Positions 8,742-19,299 of a DNA stretch of 64,000 nucleotides are shown here, one piece after another. The notes under the pieces were generated by a model that saw only the letters and a program-made list of their open reading frames with translations, was not told the origin of the DNA and searched no databases. The position numbers and the translations under genes were made by a program. Within the stretch, counting starts at the first letter, position 1. Each line of letters begins with the position of its first letter. This DNA comes from an uncultured Gammaproteobacteria bacterium (GTDB taxonomy: Bacteria > Patescibacteriota > Patescibacteriia > UBA9934 > GWF2-40-263): the NCBI GenBank assembly GCA_964538435.1, contig CAZIDX010000004.1, positions 769 through 64,768 of the forward strand, written 5' to 3'.

Positions 8742-10064
8742 TTATCCTCCTGAGTCAGTACAGTATTTTAAGTAGATTTCAGCGGCTTTTGCTGCATAGT
8801 GAGCGGCTTGTGCTCCAGATCCGTTGTAGGCACACATGGCCATAGCAAGGTCGCCAGTTCGATCAAGTCGTTTTTTTACAAATGTTGCTTGAGCTCTGAG
8901 GGTGTTGCTAATACCTCCCCAGTTTGTTCCACCAGTTGAGAGTTTAGTGTCAAAGTACTCTGCACATGAGTCTAGTGCGACTTGGCAAGTCCAGCATACA
9001 GTGGTGTTACAATCTGGAAATTTTGTTGTGTCAGGCGGCCAGGTTGGGTCATAGGATTCATTGCAGTGCGCAGCAACTTGTTCTCCTCGTGTGTGGTCTC
9101 TGGACACTGTACGCACGCAACATTCTTGTCCAAGGGTTGATTCAAAAGATGTTGGCATGAACTGCGCAATCCCAATTTCCCCACATGGTCCACGCTGCGA
9201 GGAATCGTAGTCAATTGTTCCGCTTGTTTCAATCTGTAGATGAGTTGCAAGCTGGAAACGATCAGCTCCTGTTTCGTCTGCAATAGAGTTAACGACGGCG
9301 GTAAGCTCATCAGTCCAACCAGAAGGTTTTTTTAAAACAGTTGCAGAGCAGGCTTTGACCATCCCTTCGACTCCTTCACAGTTTTCAAGTGAGAATGATG
9401 TAAGCGCATCTTCTGCAATGTTGTCTAACGAGATTGTTCGAAGGCGGACAAGTTCGGGGTTCACTGTCCAAAGAATGAGCCAAGTGCTTGAAAGTAGGAT
9501 AAGGCCAATGACAGCGTTTTTGATGCGCTCCTTTGCTTTTGATGTATCTCCATATCCGCCAGCTGCAGCATACTGAAATCCTCCAATCATGACCATGACG
9601 ATTGCAGCAATGGTGGCTATTCCCAAAATGTACTTATAAGCTCCTGCGATGTAGGCACCCAAGAAGGCGATGTGCAGCACCTTACCATCGACCTCAATGG
9701 CATCTGACAGGTCTATGCCTGGGATTTCAACACTGAGGAGCGGGGTGATGGTTTGTGTGCTGTTGTTAGATACAGCTCCTGTGTTTCCAGGTGCGGTTGA
9801 GTAGCCAGAGTTTGTGCACGTTGTCTTACAATCCATGATGTGGCTTGTGCCATCTGGGCACGAGCAGCCAGCATCAGAGAGAATAGTGGCGCCGCTGTCT
9901 CCGCAGTCTGAAATACATTCGTCCGTTGCATCAACTGAGTGCGCAATATTATCTGAGTCATAACAAGTACAACCTCCAGCAGCAAGAGTGGTCAATGGGA
10001 AAAGGGCACTCAGTGTGAGTGTGGAAAGTGCTAGGAGGATTGAAATTCGTTTTGTTAGTTGCAT
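8742..10064 (-). CDS. T4SS-pilin-like protein with Cys-rich N-domain and C-terminal lytic transglycosylase (SLT) domain
   Basis: Signal peptide; pilin-like hairpin MIGGFQYAAAGG...KAKERIKNAVIGLILL...VNP; SLT motifs IETSG, GIAQFMPTSF, AYNG. Confidence 0.8.
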   Translation of the reverse strand: MQLTKRISILLALSTLTLSALFPLTTLAAGGCTCYDSDNIAHSVDATDECISDCGDSGATILSDAGCSCPDGTSHIMDCKTTCTNSGYSTAPGNTGAVSNNSTQTITPLLSVEIPGIDLSDAIEVDGKVLHIAFLGAYIAGAYKYILGIATIAAIVMVMIGGFQYAAAGGYGDTSKAKERIKNAVIGLILLSSTWLILWTVNPELVRLRTISLDNIAEDALTSFSLENCEGVEGMVKACSATVLKKPSGWTDELTAVVNSIADETGADRFQLATHLQIETSGTIDYDSSQRGPCGEIGIAQFMPTSFESTLGQECCVRTVSRDHTRGEQVAAHCNESYDPTWPPDTTKFPDCNTTVCWTCQVALDSCAEYFDTKLSTGGTNWGGISNTLRAQATFVKKRLDRTGDLAMAMCAYNGSGAQAAHYAAKAAEIYLKYCTDSGG

Positions 10065-11044
10065 GATCGAGACATTTTTGGATTTTCAAAATGCCAGGCT
10101 TCTGAGTCGAGCAGGCAAAAGCCCTGTGCTTTCATTGCTGAAATAAGAATGCTGTGCCCTGCATTTTTTCTGCATTTATCTACTGCAGGGTTGTTGTCGC
10201 ATTGTGCTTTTGTTACGCAGGGCGAGCCGCTGCATGTTGCCCACATATCGATAGCACGTCCAGTTGTGTGTGGACAGTTTTCTGCTTTTCCGTCTCGGAG
10301 CATGCAGGCGTAGGTAATCCCATCTTTTGGATCACATGTAGCAGAACCTGGTGGGTTGTTGCAGTATTTGAGAATCAGAGAAGTTTGTTTTTCAACGGTT
10401 CGAAAGCTTGAGGCAATGTAGATGCCATATCCTTGAGCATCTACTTGTGCTGCTGCCGCTTCAATCAAGGGAGCTAAGTCTTTTGGTACTTCATTCACTC
10501 CTGGACCTGTTATGTTTGCTGCAACAGGTGCTTGGAATTCAACTGCTACATTACCACCTGTAATGTTTTCTTCTGATCCAAGGGTTGCAAGGCTGATGTC
10601 GTCTACGACATCCACTTCAACAGGACCAAGGCGAACAAGTTCGGGGTTTACGGTCCAAAGTAGGAGATAGACAGATGCTAAGAGCACAAGACCTGTGATA
10701 GCGTCTTTTATTCTCTTCTTTGCTTTTGATGTTTCTCCATGTCCTCCAGCCAGCGCGTATTGAAGGCCGGCAATCATGATCATGACAATGGCAACAATAA
10801 CAGCTGCGTCAAGCAAGTAATCGTAGATGGCCGAGATGTAATCGGAAAGATAATTTACACTCATGACATTCCCTTTGATGCTGATTTCAGAAAGTTTGAG
10901 TCCGGGGATGTCTACGTTAAGAATAGGGGTCTGGGTTTTGACTGAGCTGGTGGTGGCGTGTGCAACAAGGGGGGAGACGAGAAAGAGTCCAGCGATGAGT
11001 TGGAGGAGGAGGCGTGCTGGTTTTGTGAGGAGAGTTTTTTTCAT
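10055..11044 (-). CDS. T4SS-pilin-like protein with C-terminal M15B (VanY-like D,D-carboxypeptidase) domain
   Basis: Start MKKTLL at 11044; same pilin-like hairpin; SSFRT, HTTGRAID, EAWHFE Zn-peptidase motifs. Confidence 0.82.
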   Translation of the reverse strand: MKKTLLTKPARLLLQLIAGLFLVSPLVAHATTSSVKTQTPILNVDIPGLKLSEISIKGNVMSVNYLSDYISAIYDYLLDAAVIVAIVMIMIAGLQYALAGGHGETSKAKKRIKDAITGLVLLASVYLLLWTVNPELVRLGPVEVDVVDDISLATLGSEENITGGNVAVEFQAPVAANITGPGVNEVPKDLAPLIEAAAAQVDAQGYGIYIASSFRTVEKQTSLILKYCNNPPGSATCDPKDGITYACMLRDGKAENCPHTTGRAIDMWATCSGSPCVTKAQCDNNPAVDKCRKNAGHSILISAMKAQGFCLLDSEAWHFENPKMSRSCN

Positions 11045-11045
11045 G

Positions 11046-12374
11046 TTAGTAATCCAGGCAGGCAAGTAGGTGACCACCCTTTGTTTTCCAGCTCATGTGT
11101 ACGTGTGGTCCAGAGGTGTTTCCTGACTGCTCTACAACTTGGCAGTCACAATTTTCAAGTTTGTTTGGGTCTGTGCATGGAGTTCCTTCGACATTGCACC
11201 ATCCGTATTTTGCTGTGGCCCATCCTGCAGGAGCTGTTTGTCCATCACAGCAGCGCCCACCAACATGCCCAATGATGTCTCCTTGTGAAACGGCCTGTCC
11301 AGCAAGAATAGCCCCAGAATCATTTACAAAATCTTTTGCGTGACAAATGGTTATGTAGGCTCCAGCAGCATCACCTGTTCCTTCAAGGTAAATTCGATTT
11401 CCACATTTGTTGTTTGTGTCTTCTTGCTTGGCGTAGGTGACAATACCATCAAAAGGTGCGTACACACTTGAACCCCAACCTGCTCCCCAGTCCAGGTGTC
11501 TGATTTTTTTGTAATCACCGTTTGCTCCGTAGTCAAACCAGTGGTGGTTTCCGCAGGATGGTTGAGCGCCGCCCACGGGGGAAGTAACGCTTTGCGCGAT
11601 TTTGCACTCACCATGATCTTTTGCCTTTGCAACAATAGCATCGCATGTTGGGCGGGGGAGGGATCCGAATTTTGCCCCCTCAAAGCCTCTTGTTGCCATA
11701 TCGAGCTCGAGCTCGTCGACTTCTGTAAGGCGGATGGCGTCAAAAAATGTCGTGTTTGGATTTACGACCCACAAGATAAAGTACACGAAGAAGAGGAGGA
11801 CTAGTCCGATTACAGCGTCTTTTATCCTCTTTTTTGCTTTTCCAGTTTCTCCGTGACCTCCAGCAAAGGCGTATTGCAGACCGCCAATCATGATAATGAC
11901 AATTGAAATGATTGCAGCAATACTCAGAAGATATGTATAGACACCTGTGATGTATTCACCAAGCCAGTTGATTTCCATTTCTTCACCATCTGTGACGATT
12001 CTTGAAAAGTAGACACCTGGAATTTCGACCTCGAGTTCTGGTTCGATGTAGCCTTTTTCTGCATATTCAATATCAGATTTTTTTTGCGTTGTGTAACTAG
12101 CGTTTTCAGCAATGCACACCGCAGTGCAATCAAGTTCAGGCAATTCTCCAGTGGCTGGGCAGTTGCAAATACCCGCGTTTGTTTCCATGGCGTCATCATC
12201 GTTGCAGTCGATGATACATTGGGCCGTACCGCTTACGATTACGAGTTTGTCGCCATCGTAGCATTCACAGGCAAGAGCTTGCGTACAAACAAAAAACACC
12301 CCCATTACTACAGACAGGAATGAAAAAAGACACACGAACTTGAGTCTAAACTTAGTGTTGAGAACGTGTGTCAT
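11046..12374 (-). CDS. T4SS-pilin-like protein with Cys-rich N-domain and C-terminal M23 peptidase domain
   Basis: Same pilin-like hairpin; LDW...GSSVYAPFDGIV, GNRIYL, ICH, GQAVSQGDIIGHVG, SGNTSGPHVH; start codon uncertain. Confidence 0.8.
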   Translation of the reverse strand: MTHVLNTKFRLKFVCLFSFLSVVMGVFFVCTQALACECYDGDKLVIVSGTAQCIIDCNDDDAMETNAGICNCPATGELPELDCTAVCIAENASYTTQKKSDIEYAEKGYIEPELEVEIPGVYFSRIVTDGEEMEINWLGEYITGVYTYLLSIAAIISIVIIMIGGLQYAFAGGHGETGKAKKRIKDAVIGLVLLFFVYFILWVVNPNTTFFDAIRLTEVDELELDMATRGFEGAKFGSLPRPTCDAIVAKAKDHGECKIAQSVTSPVGGAQPSCGNHHWFDYGANGDYKKIRHLDWGAGWGSSVYAPFDGIVTYAKQEDTNNKCGNRIYLEGTGDAAGAYITICHAKDFVNDSGAILAGQAVSQGDIIGHVGGRCCDGQTAPAGWATAKYGWCNVEGTPCTDPNKLENCDCQVVEQSGNTSGPHVHMSWKTKGGHLLACLDY

Positions 12375-12384
12375 AACAGGAGAA

Positions 12385-13038
12385 TTATTGAAGGGCAGTG
12401 AGTTGCTCTGCAACGATATCTAGAAGATCAGCTGCATCAAGAGCGCCAACGTGGATTTCGTCGTTGATGAACATGGTTGGTGTGGCTGTAAGCCCTAGTC
12501 CCATGGCTTCCTCAAAATCTTTTTTCACGATTGGGAGTGTGTCGCGTGTATCAAAACAGTTTTGGAATTTTTCAGTATCAAGTTCCAGGTCGGATGCGAT
12601 TTGAGAGAAGGTGGAGTCGCTCAGGAAAGATTGTCTGTTAAACAGTTCGTCATGGTAAGCCCAGAACGCATCTTGCCGGTCTGCGCAATGTGCGGCAATG
12701 GCAGCAGGAGTGGCTTGCGCATGAATAGATTCGTTTGGAAGATCTTTCCACACAATGCGCACATCCGTTGGGTGGGCTGTCATCACAGACACAAGATTTT
12801 CTGCGAGTTCACCACATGCATGGCATTGGAAATCACTATAGACAATGATGGAGACGCTTGCGGTATCGCTTCCCAAAGATGGGTTGATAAATGTCACGCT
12901 TGGCTCAGTTACTTCTTCGTAGGATGCCATGATCTCCTCCCGATCAACTTCGATGGGTTGCAGCCGGTACCAGAAAAAAATCATTACCATTACGGTGAGA
13001 AAAGCGATTGTTAAAAATGTGAGCCATTTATGAGACAT
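12385..13038 (-). CDS. Membrane-anchored DsbA-family thiol-disulfide oxidoreductase
   Basis: N-terminal TM; YSDFQCHAC CxxC; ATPTMFIN cis-Pro motif. Confidence 0.9.
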   Translation of the reverse strand: MSHKWLTFLTIAFLTVMVMIFFWYRLQPIEVDREEIMASYEEVTEPSVTFINPSLGSDTASVSIIVYSDFQCHACGELAENLVSVMTAHPTDVRIVWKDLPNESIHAQATPAAIAAHCADRQDAFWAYHDELFNRQSFLSDSTFSQIASDLELDTEKFQNCFDTRDTLPIVKKDFEEAMGLGLTATPTMFINDEIHVGALDAADLLDIVAEQLTALQ

Positions 13039-13050
13039 ACAAGCACTGTC

Positions 13051-14286
13051 TTATTTGAGCATTATGAGTTCGAGTCGACCGCTGTCATTTGTGTAGTAGA
13101 TTTTTGATTCATCAGAGCTAACAGAAAGACTATTCATGGATGTTTCATTGTCGGGGATTGCCAAAAGGGAAGTGTGTCCTGTGTTGAAGTCGATTTTGTA
13201 GAGCACATCTGGGAGGTTGTCGTAAATCGATCGTTGTAGGCCGGCGTTGTCTGGGAGGTCCTGAGGCACAGCACAGTAAGCTGTTGAGCTTGATCCCCAG
13301 GTGCATTTATCAACCCAGGTGTTCAGGCCAAGGCTTCGTCTGTTTTCTCCCATGGTTGATGCGGTTCCGTCAACGATCCAGAGAAGAGGTTTGTTGCTTG
13401 AGTAGTCGCCCACAACAGAGTAGAGGATTTGTTTTCCGTTTGGTGACCAGACTGAGTCAAAGAAAAGACCCTCAACCACAAGCCCTTTGTAGTTTTCGTC
13501 GTTGAGGCCGACAGGGTAGATCATTGCACGATTCAGGCCGCCATAAGATGATCCTGATGTGTCAGCAAAGGCAACGACCTGGTCGTTTGGTGACCAATTT
13601 ACATCAACCTTGTCTTCGTTTTCTCCAAGTGCTTGAAAGCTTTTTACGTTTGATCCGTCGTCGTTTGATGTGACAAGGTAGCGGTTGTTTGGGTCAAGAC
13701 CAATGCTTTTTGCAACAATCTCGTCTGCAACAGGAGAGAAGTCGAAGTCTTCCCAGTGTTGTGGAAGGGTGACTTGTTTTTCTGTGTCAAAGTCATAGAT
13801 GATGTTTGATCCATCAGGGAATTCCATGACCGCTTTTTCTGCGTCTTTATTCCACTCAACAGTTTCAACATCAGGGAATTGCGTATCAGACATGCGTACG
13901 ACATTTCCGTCTTCATCGATGGTGTAGAACCTGCCGTCTGTGTCGTCGTAATAGTTCATTGACTGACCATCTCCGCTGAGTGTGGCATTGTATACCGCTC
14001 CGGTTGTAAGGGAGGTTGTTTCTGTCACGCTTCCACGAGCAACTTCATCTGCTTCAGCTAAGGTTCCGGTTCCTGTGTCAGTGGTGTCGTCGTTGGTGAA
14101 GTCAGAAAAGACGCCGTCCATTGAAAACGGAAGTCCAGTGGTTGTGTCTGTTGTTGCGGTGTCGTCTTCAACGGTTGCTTCTGGAATGAAGTCAGCAACA
14201 AACATTCTGTACATTACGAAGGCAATGATAACAACTGAGAGAAGAAATCCAATGATGAGTAAAATGCGTTTTGTTCGTTCATTCAT
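13051..14286 (-). CDS. Membrane-anchored TolB/WD40-like beta-propeller protein
   Basis: N-terminal TM and Thr/Asp-rich linker, then repeated blades (LSGDG, WNKDA, FSPVA, WSPND, WSPNG, VSSDE). Confidence 0.75.
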   Translation of the reverse strand: MNERTKRILLIIGFLLSVVIIAFVMYRMFVADFIPEATVEDDTATTDTTTGLPFSMDGVFSDFTNDDTTDTGTGTLAEADEVARGSVTETTSLTTGAVYNATLSGDGQSMNYYDDTDGRFYTIDEDGNVVRMSDTQFPDVETVEWNKDAEKAVMEFPDGSNIIYDFDTEKQVTLPQHWEDFDFSPVADEIVAKSIGLDPNNRYLVTSNDDGSNVKSFQALGENEDKVDVNWSPNDQVVAFADTSGSSYGGLNRAMIYPVGLNDENYKGLVVEGLFFDSVWSPNGKQILYSVVGDYSSNKPLLWIVDGTASTMGENRRSLGLNTWVDKCTWGSSSTAYCAVPQDLPDNAGLQRSIYDNLPDVLYKIDFNTGHTSLLAIPDNETSMNSLSVSSDESKIYYTNDSGRLELIMLK

Positions 14287-14292
14287 ATGGTT

Positions 14293-15285
14293 CTAAAAAA
14301 TGCCAAGCGCTGAGTATAGTATACCACCCAGACACATGTTTCCGCCGCCGCTTCCAATAGCGTTTAAAATAAATGCAGGGCCTTGTGAGAGGTATTGGTA
14401 GTAGTCAAAACCTGCGCACATGCCAACGGAAAAAATTGCAAAGATAATGAAGATGAGAGCTAAGTCTGCGGCAATAAGAAGACCAGCTAAGATGTTAGCT
14501 TGTGGGTCAACGGGCATTGGGATTGGGTCCCAGGAAAGAGGGGAGATGAAAGGGTCTTTTCCTTGTCGCATTCCTCGTCCGTAAATGAGTTCAAGGTTGA
14601 GCCAACCAAATGTAAAGATGTAAAAAAGGATATCAACTAAGGTTGAGATTCCGGTTGTTCCAATATCAAGACACCCTGCAAGAAGGTCGATGACGTAAAT
14701 GATTCCACGTTTTACTCCTGCTTCAACTTTGCGTTTGACGGCTTTTCGAAGGCGCTGTTTTTGTTTTTCCATCATTGCCTCAAGCTCGTTTTTTGCGTCT
14801 TGGTTGTTTGTGCTTGCTTGCCTGGCTTTGAGGTTGGCCATTTGAGATCGGAGTTGGCTCACGGGTGTTGGGTCCACTTCTCCTGTTCCTCGTGGTTGCA
14901 TTGATTCAGGGGTGTCTCTGTCGATGTCTCGCTGCGCTGCCTGTGCTTCTGGTGTGCGCAGGTTGAGAGGTTGTTGTTGTGGGATTTTGTTTGGACCCAC
15001 GTCATTTGGGTTTCGTATTCCAAGATTAAATGCTTTGTTTAGACCACGACCAACTCTTGAGCCGGTTACGCCACGCGCAATTCCTTCTGCGTTTCCAGTG
15101 TTTGCTTGTTTGATGCCTCGTTGGTAGGCTTGGGCCATGTTTTTTCCGCCGTGTTTTTGTGTGGCAGCTTGTTCTTTGTCACTAAAAATCGTACCAACAA
15201 GTCCTTCGTTGATGTTTCGTTTTGCGTGTCGGTTCTGTGCGAGCTTTTGCTTGTGTCCGATTTGTTGTGCTGTGGCATTAGCCAT
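14293..15285 (-). CDS. Hypothetical protein with basic/low-complexity N-half and C-terminal TM helices
   Basis: 330-aa ORF tightly packed in the operon (6-nt gaps on both sides). Confidence 0.7.
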   Translation of the reverse strand: MANATAQQIGHKQKLAQNRHAKRNINEGLVGTIFSDKEQAATQKHGGKNMAQAYQRGIKQANTGNAEGIARGVTGSRVGRGLNKAFNLGIRNPNDVGPNKIPQQQPLNLRTPEAQAAQRDIDRDTPESMQPRGTGEVDPTPVSQLRSQMANLKARQASTNNQDAKNELEAMMEKQKQRLRKAVKRKVEAGVKRGIIYVIDLLAGCLDIGTTGISTLVDILFYIFTFGWLNLELIYGRGMRQGKDPFISPLSWDPIPMPVDPQANILAGLLIAADLALIFIIFAIFSVGMCAGFDYYQYLSQGPAFILNAIGSGGGNMCLGGILYSALGIF

Positions 15286-15291
15286 AACCTC

Positions 15292-17787
15292 CTATTTGCG
15301 CGGTTTAGTGACTGAGATCGTTTTGTTTTTTAGATTCACTTTGAGTTTCTTTGGTTTGTCTTTTTTTGTAAGTCGCTCTGCAATTTTGTGTTCGATGTGT
15401 GTTTGGATTTGGTTTCGGATGTTGCGCGCGCCGTAGGATGGGTCTGCAAGTGTGACAAGGTGGGGGATCAGGCTGTCGTGCACTTGGAGTTCCAGTCCTT
15501 GATCTGAAAGCCTGTCTGTTAGCTCGCCCAGCTGCTTGCGACAAATGTCGTGGAGCACGTCTTCTGTGAGGGGGTCAAACACGCAAACGTGATCGATGCG
15601 GTTGATAAGTTCTGGTCGCATGCGTTCCTCGAGTTCTTGTTTGAGATCTGTGTTTAGCGTCATCTTTCGTTCAGCGTGAGAGCCTTGGAATCCCATATCT
15701 CCTTGACCAAAACGTTCGAGGCCAATGTTTGATGTTAGGATGATAATTGCGTTTTTGAAGTTCACTTTGCGGCCGGTTGCATCTGTGAGTTCTCCTTCTT
15801 CCAAGACTTGAAGGAGGAGGTTTTGAACATCACGGTGAGCTTTTTCGATTTCATCAAAAAGTACAACTGAGTACGGGCGTTGCTTGATGCGGTCAGTAAG
15901 GTTGGCGTTTTCTTTGTAGCCAACATACCCTGCTGGCGCACCGATGAGCTTGGACATGGTAAAGCCTTCTGAATACTCGGACATGTCCAGGCGAATGAAG
16001 TTTTGTTTTCCGAGAAAGAGTGTTTCTGCAACTGTTTTGGCGAGCTCTGTTTTTCCTACACCTGAAGGACCAAGGAACAGAAACGATGCCAGAGGTCGGT
16101 CGGGGTGGGAGACGCCGGTTTTTGCTCGTTTGAGTGCGCCTGATACGCGGTCAATCACATTGTCCTGACCTAGCACGCGTGCGCAGAGTGATCCGTGAAG
16201 GGATTGAAGCTTTGATGTGTTGTCGATCAGAATGTCGTCGATTGGAATACCTGTGATACGCGCGACTACTGCAGCCACGTCGTTTTCTGAGATAACAGGA
16301 ACAGGTCCAACATCGTCAGTTATGCTTGCGCGCGCGATTTGTTCTTTGACACGATCTTCTTCGTCTTTGAGTTCGACTGCGTCAAGAAAACGTTCTTCAA
16401 TAACAGCTTGTCGCTTGGTGTCTTGAACTTTACGAAGTTCTTCTTCGAGTTTTCGTTGAAGGTTTTTTGGGGTTGGGTCTGTGCGCTTGATGTGCGTGGC
16501 AGCGGCAGCTTCGTCAATAAGATCAATGGCTTTGTCTGGGAGGTGCTTGTCCTGGATGTAGCGCTCAGACATTTTTACGGCTTGTTCTAAGGCGTCTGGT
16601 GCAATGCGGACGCGGTGATAGTTTTCATAAAAAGGAGCAATGCCTTGGAGGATCTCGAGTGTTTTTTCAGGTGTTGGCTCGTCAACTAATACAGATTGGA
16701 AGCGGCGTTCAAGTGCACTGTCTGATTCAATGTGTTTTTTGTATTCAGCTGGGGTTGTGGCTCCAATGCAGCGAATCTCTCCGCGAGAGAGCGCGGGTTT
16801 TAAGATGTTGGCTGCGTCCATTGAGCCTGATGCTGCACCTGCTCCGACAATGGTGTGGATTTCATCGACAAATAAAATAATGTCATCATCCTTTTTCACT
16901 TCTTCAATGATTTGCTTGAGGCGCCCTTCAAATTCTCCTCGATACATGGTCCCTGCAATGAGCATGGCCATATCAATGGCGTAGATGCGTTTTGTTTGAA
17001 GCACAGGTGGGACGCGGCCTTCTGTGATGAGTTTTGCCAGCCCCTCAACAATGGCTGTTTTCCCAACGCCTGGTTCGCCCAGTAGGAGAGGGTTGTTTTT
17101 TGTTCTGCGGCAAACGATTTCCATGAGACGTTCAATCTCGCGCTCTCGGCCAATGACGGGATCAATTTTTTTCTGCACTTCTTTTGAGGTGAGTTCTCGA
17201 CTGAAGTATTCAAGAGCGGCTACTTTTTGCTCACCCGCTTTTTCTTCAGTGAGGTTTTTTTCCTGTTGTCCTGATGGTGCAATGAGCATGCCTCCTTCTG
17301 GTGGAATGCTGTCTGTGAGCTCAGGGAATTTTGAAGTACTTTTTAGAACAATGGAAAGTTGATTGCGGAGTTCTTTTAGGTCAGCGCTGAGCACTTCAAA
17401 AAGTTGCCCTACATTTGGGCTGTCGATTTGAATCATTCCTGAGAGGAGGTGCTCTGTTCCTACGTAGCGATGGTTGTAGACGTTTGCAGTGAGGACGGCC
17501 TTTTCTACGATGCGCTTGGCATCATCTGAAAGGTTAAGGGACATGTCTACAGGTGGTGTGCTGGTGCCTGCTCCTTGTTTAGCTCCAACAAGTTTTCTGA
17601 GAGCTGGGGTTTTTACTCCTGATTTTTTGAGGATTTCTGCTCCAATACAACCTTTTTGAGTCCCAAGTGCCCAGAGGAGGTGTTCGGGTTGGATGGTTTT
17701 TTCGTCTGTTTCAACAACAAAGCAAAGCGCGCGCGTAAGCACGTTTTTCAGGTGTGATGAGAACTTGTCGACAATGTCTTGTGGCAT
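15292..17787 (-). CDS. clpC: ATP-dependent Clp protease ATP-binding subunit ClpC
   Basis: Two Clp-N repeats; GEPGVGKT and GPSGVGKT Walker A motifs; UVR-like middle domain; RLDMSEY. Confidence 0.93.
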   Translation of the reverse strand: MPQDIVDKFSSHLKNVLTRALCFVVETDEKTIQPEHLLWALGTQKGCIGAEILKKSGVKTPALRKLVGAKQGAGTSTPPVDMSLNLSDDAKRIVEKAVLTANVYNHRYVGTEHLLSGMIQIDSPNVGQLFEVLSADLKELRNQLSIVLKSTSKFPELTDSIPPEGGMLIAPSGQQEKNLTEEKAGEQKVAALEYFSRELTSKEVQKKIDPVIGREREIERLMEIVCRRTKNNPLLLGEPGVGKTAIVEGLAKLITEGRVPPVLQTKRIYAIDMAMLIAGTMYRGEFEGRLKQIIEEVKKDDDIILFVDEIHTIVGAGAASGSMDAANILKPALSRGEIRCIGATTPAEYKKHIESDSALERRFQSVLVDEPTPEKTLEILQGIAPFYENYHRVRIAPDALEQAVKMSERYIQDKHLPDKAIDLIDEAAAATHIKRTDPTPKNLQRKLEEELRKVQDTKRQAVIEERFLDAVELKDEEDRVKEQIARASITDDVGPVPVISENDVAAVVARITGIPIDDILIDNTSKLQSLHGSLCARVLGQDNVIDRVSGALKRAKTGVSHPDRPLASFLFLGPSGVGKTELAKTVAETLFLGKQNFIRLDMSEYSEGFTMSKLIGAPAGYVGYKENANLTDRIKQRPYSVVLFDEIEKAHRDVQNLLLQVLEEGELTDATGRKVNFKNAIIILTSNIGLERFGQGDMGFQGSHAERKMTLNTDLKQELEERMRPELINRIDHVCVFDPLTEDVLHDICRKQLGELTDRLSDQGLELQVHDSLIPHLVTLADPSYGARNIRNQIQTHIEHKIAERLTKKDKPKKLKVNLKNKTISVTKPRK

Positions 17788-17789
17788 AG

Positions 17790-18674
17790 TTAGTCAAGCA
17801 TCCCCCTGAGCTTTTTAATGCGATCTTCAATCGGTGGGTGAGTTGAGAAAAGTGATTCGAACTTTTTTGTCACATGTGGATCGAATGGGTTGGCAAGAAA
17901 CATGTGAGCGGTTGCATGATTGGCTTTGACAAGTGGTTTGTCATGCGTGGCGATTTTTTGCAGCGCGCTTGCGAGGCCTTCTGGGTATCGGGTGAGGAGG
18001 GAAGCAGAAGCGTCGGCAAGGTATTCACGTGAGCGCGAGACAGCAAGTTTAATCATTTGTGCAAACAGCGGTGAGAGCATGGCGAGCACGATCCCGATGA
18101 TGATGAGAGGCAAGGCTCCTTTGTTGTCTCGTCCACGTCCTCCAAAGATGAATGTGCGCATGAGAATGTCTGAGAGGAGCAGTACGACTCCGACAAGCAC
18201 AACGACAATCGTCATGACGCGAATGTCGTAGTTTTTTACGTGTGAGATTTCATGTGCGAGCACGCCTTCGAGTTCTTGCTTGGTCATGATTTGCATGAGG
18301 CCAGTTGTGACGGCAACGGAAGCGTGTTCTGGATCGCGGCCAGCAGCAAAGGCGTTTGGAGAAGGGTCGTTTATCACGTAGATTTTTGGTGTTTGTATTC
18401 CAGCGGTGATAGCAAGATTTTCTACCATGCGAAATAACTGTGGGTTGTCTTGCTTCTCGATTTCTTTTGCCCCTGCGGTTGCGAGTGCGACTTTATCGCC
18501 GCGGTAGTAACCGATGAGGTTCATGAGCGTTGCAATCATTACTGCGCCAATGAGTCCGTAGTTTCCGGTTTCGGTTGCCTGGCCAAACACCCAGCCTAGA
18601 AACACAATCATGACCGTGAAGATCACGATCAGGATCCATGTTTTGCGTTTGTTTGCGTCAATCTGTGAGTACAC
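17790..18674 (-). CDS. htpX: Zinc metalloprotease HtpX (M48)
   Basis: PNAFA, HEISH, SRSREYLAD and FSTHPP motifs. Confidence 0.95.
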   Translation of the reverse strand: MYSQIDANKRKTWILIVIFTVMIVFLGWVFGQATETGNYGLIGAVMIATLMNLIGYYRGDKVALATAGAKEIEKQDNPQLFRMVENLAITAGIQTPKIYVINDPSPNAFAAGRDPEHASVAVTTGLMQIMTKQELEGVLAHEISHVKNYDIRVMTIVVVLVGVVLLLSDILMRTFIFGGRGRDNKGALPLIIIGIVLAMLSPLFAQMIKLAVSRSREYLADASASLLTRYPEGLASALQKIATHDKPLVKANHATAHMFLANPFDPHVTKKFESLFSTHPPIEDRIKKLRGMLD

Positions 18675-18679
18675 ACGCT

Positions 18680-19231
18680 TTAGAACTCAACGGTTGGGGC
18701 TTCGTTTGCAACATCTGGTGCATCAAAGAACTCTCGGTCTTTGAATCCGAACATGCCTGCAATGAGGTTGGTTGGGAAGACTTGGAGCTTGGTGTTGAAG
18801 TCGCGAACGTTTGAGTTGTAGAAGCGACGAGAGGCCTGAATCTTATCTTCAGCGTCTGTGAGTTCGTGCTGAAGGTTCAGGAAGTTTTGTGAAGCTTGAA
18901 GCTGCGGGTAGTTTTCTGATACAGCAAAGAGAGATTTGAGCGTGTCTGAGAGCATGTTCTCTGTTTGAGCTTGCTCCTTCATGTCCTTGGCTCCCATGGC
19001 TGCAGCGCGCGCCTCAGTCACTTTTGTGAATACACTGTCTTCGTGCTTGGCATAGCCTTTGACTGTGTTGACCAGGTTTGGAATGAGGTCGTATCGGCGC
19101 TTGAGTTGCACCTCGATATCAGACCATGCTTCTTCTACGCGATTGCGGGAGCGAATGAGTCCGTTGTATGTTAAAATGAGCCACACAATGACAACTCCGG
19201 CGATTATTACGAGTGCCCAGATGAGTTCCAT
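18680..19231 (-). CDS. lemA: LemA family protein
   Basis: AWSDIEVQLKRRYDLIPNLV, ENYPQL, RRFYN and FPTNLIA; likely start MELIW. Confidence 0.95.
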   Translation of the reverse strand: MELIWALVIIAGVVIVWLILTYNGLIRSRNRVEEAWSDIEVQLKRRYDLIPNLVNTVKGYAKHEDSVFTKVTEARAAAMGAKDMKEQAQTENMLSDTLKSLFAVSENYPQLQASQNFLNLQHELTDAEDKIQASRRFYNSNVRDFNTKLQVFPTNLIAGMFGFKDREFFDAPDVANEAPTVEF

Positions 19232-19299
19232 ATTTTTCTGAAAATTTAGGGAATTTACACCCATAATTGTACGTAAATTAATCATCTCAGTCAAAGTTT

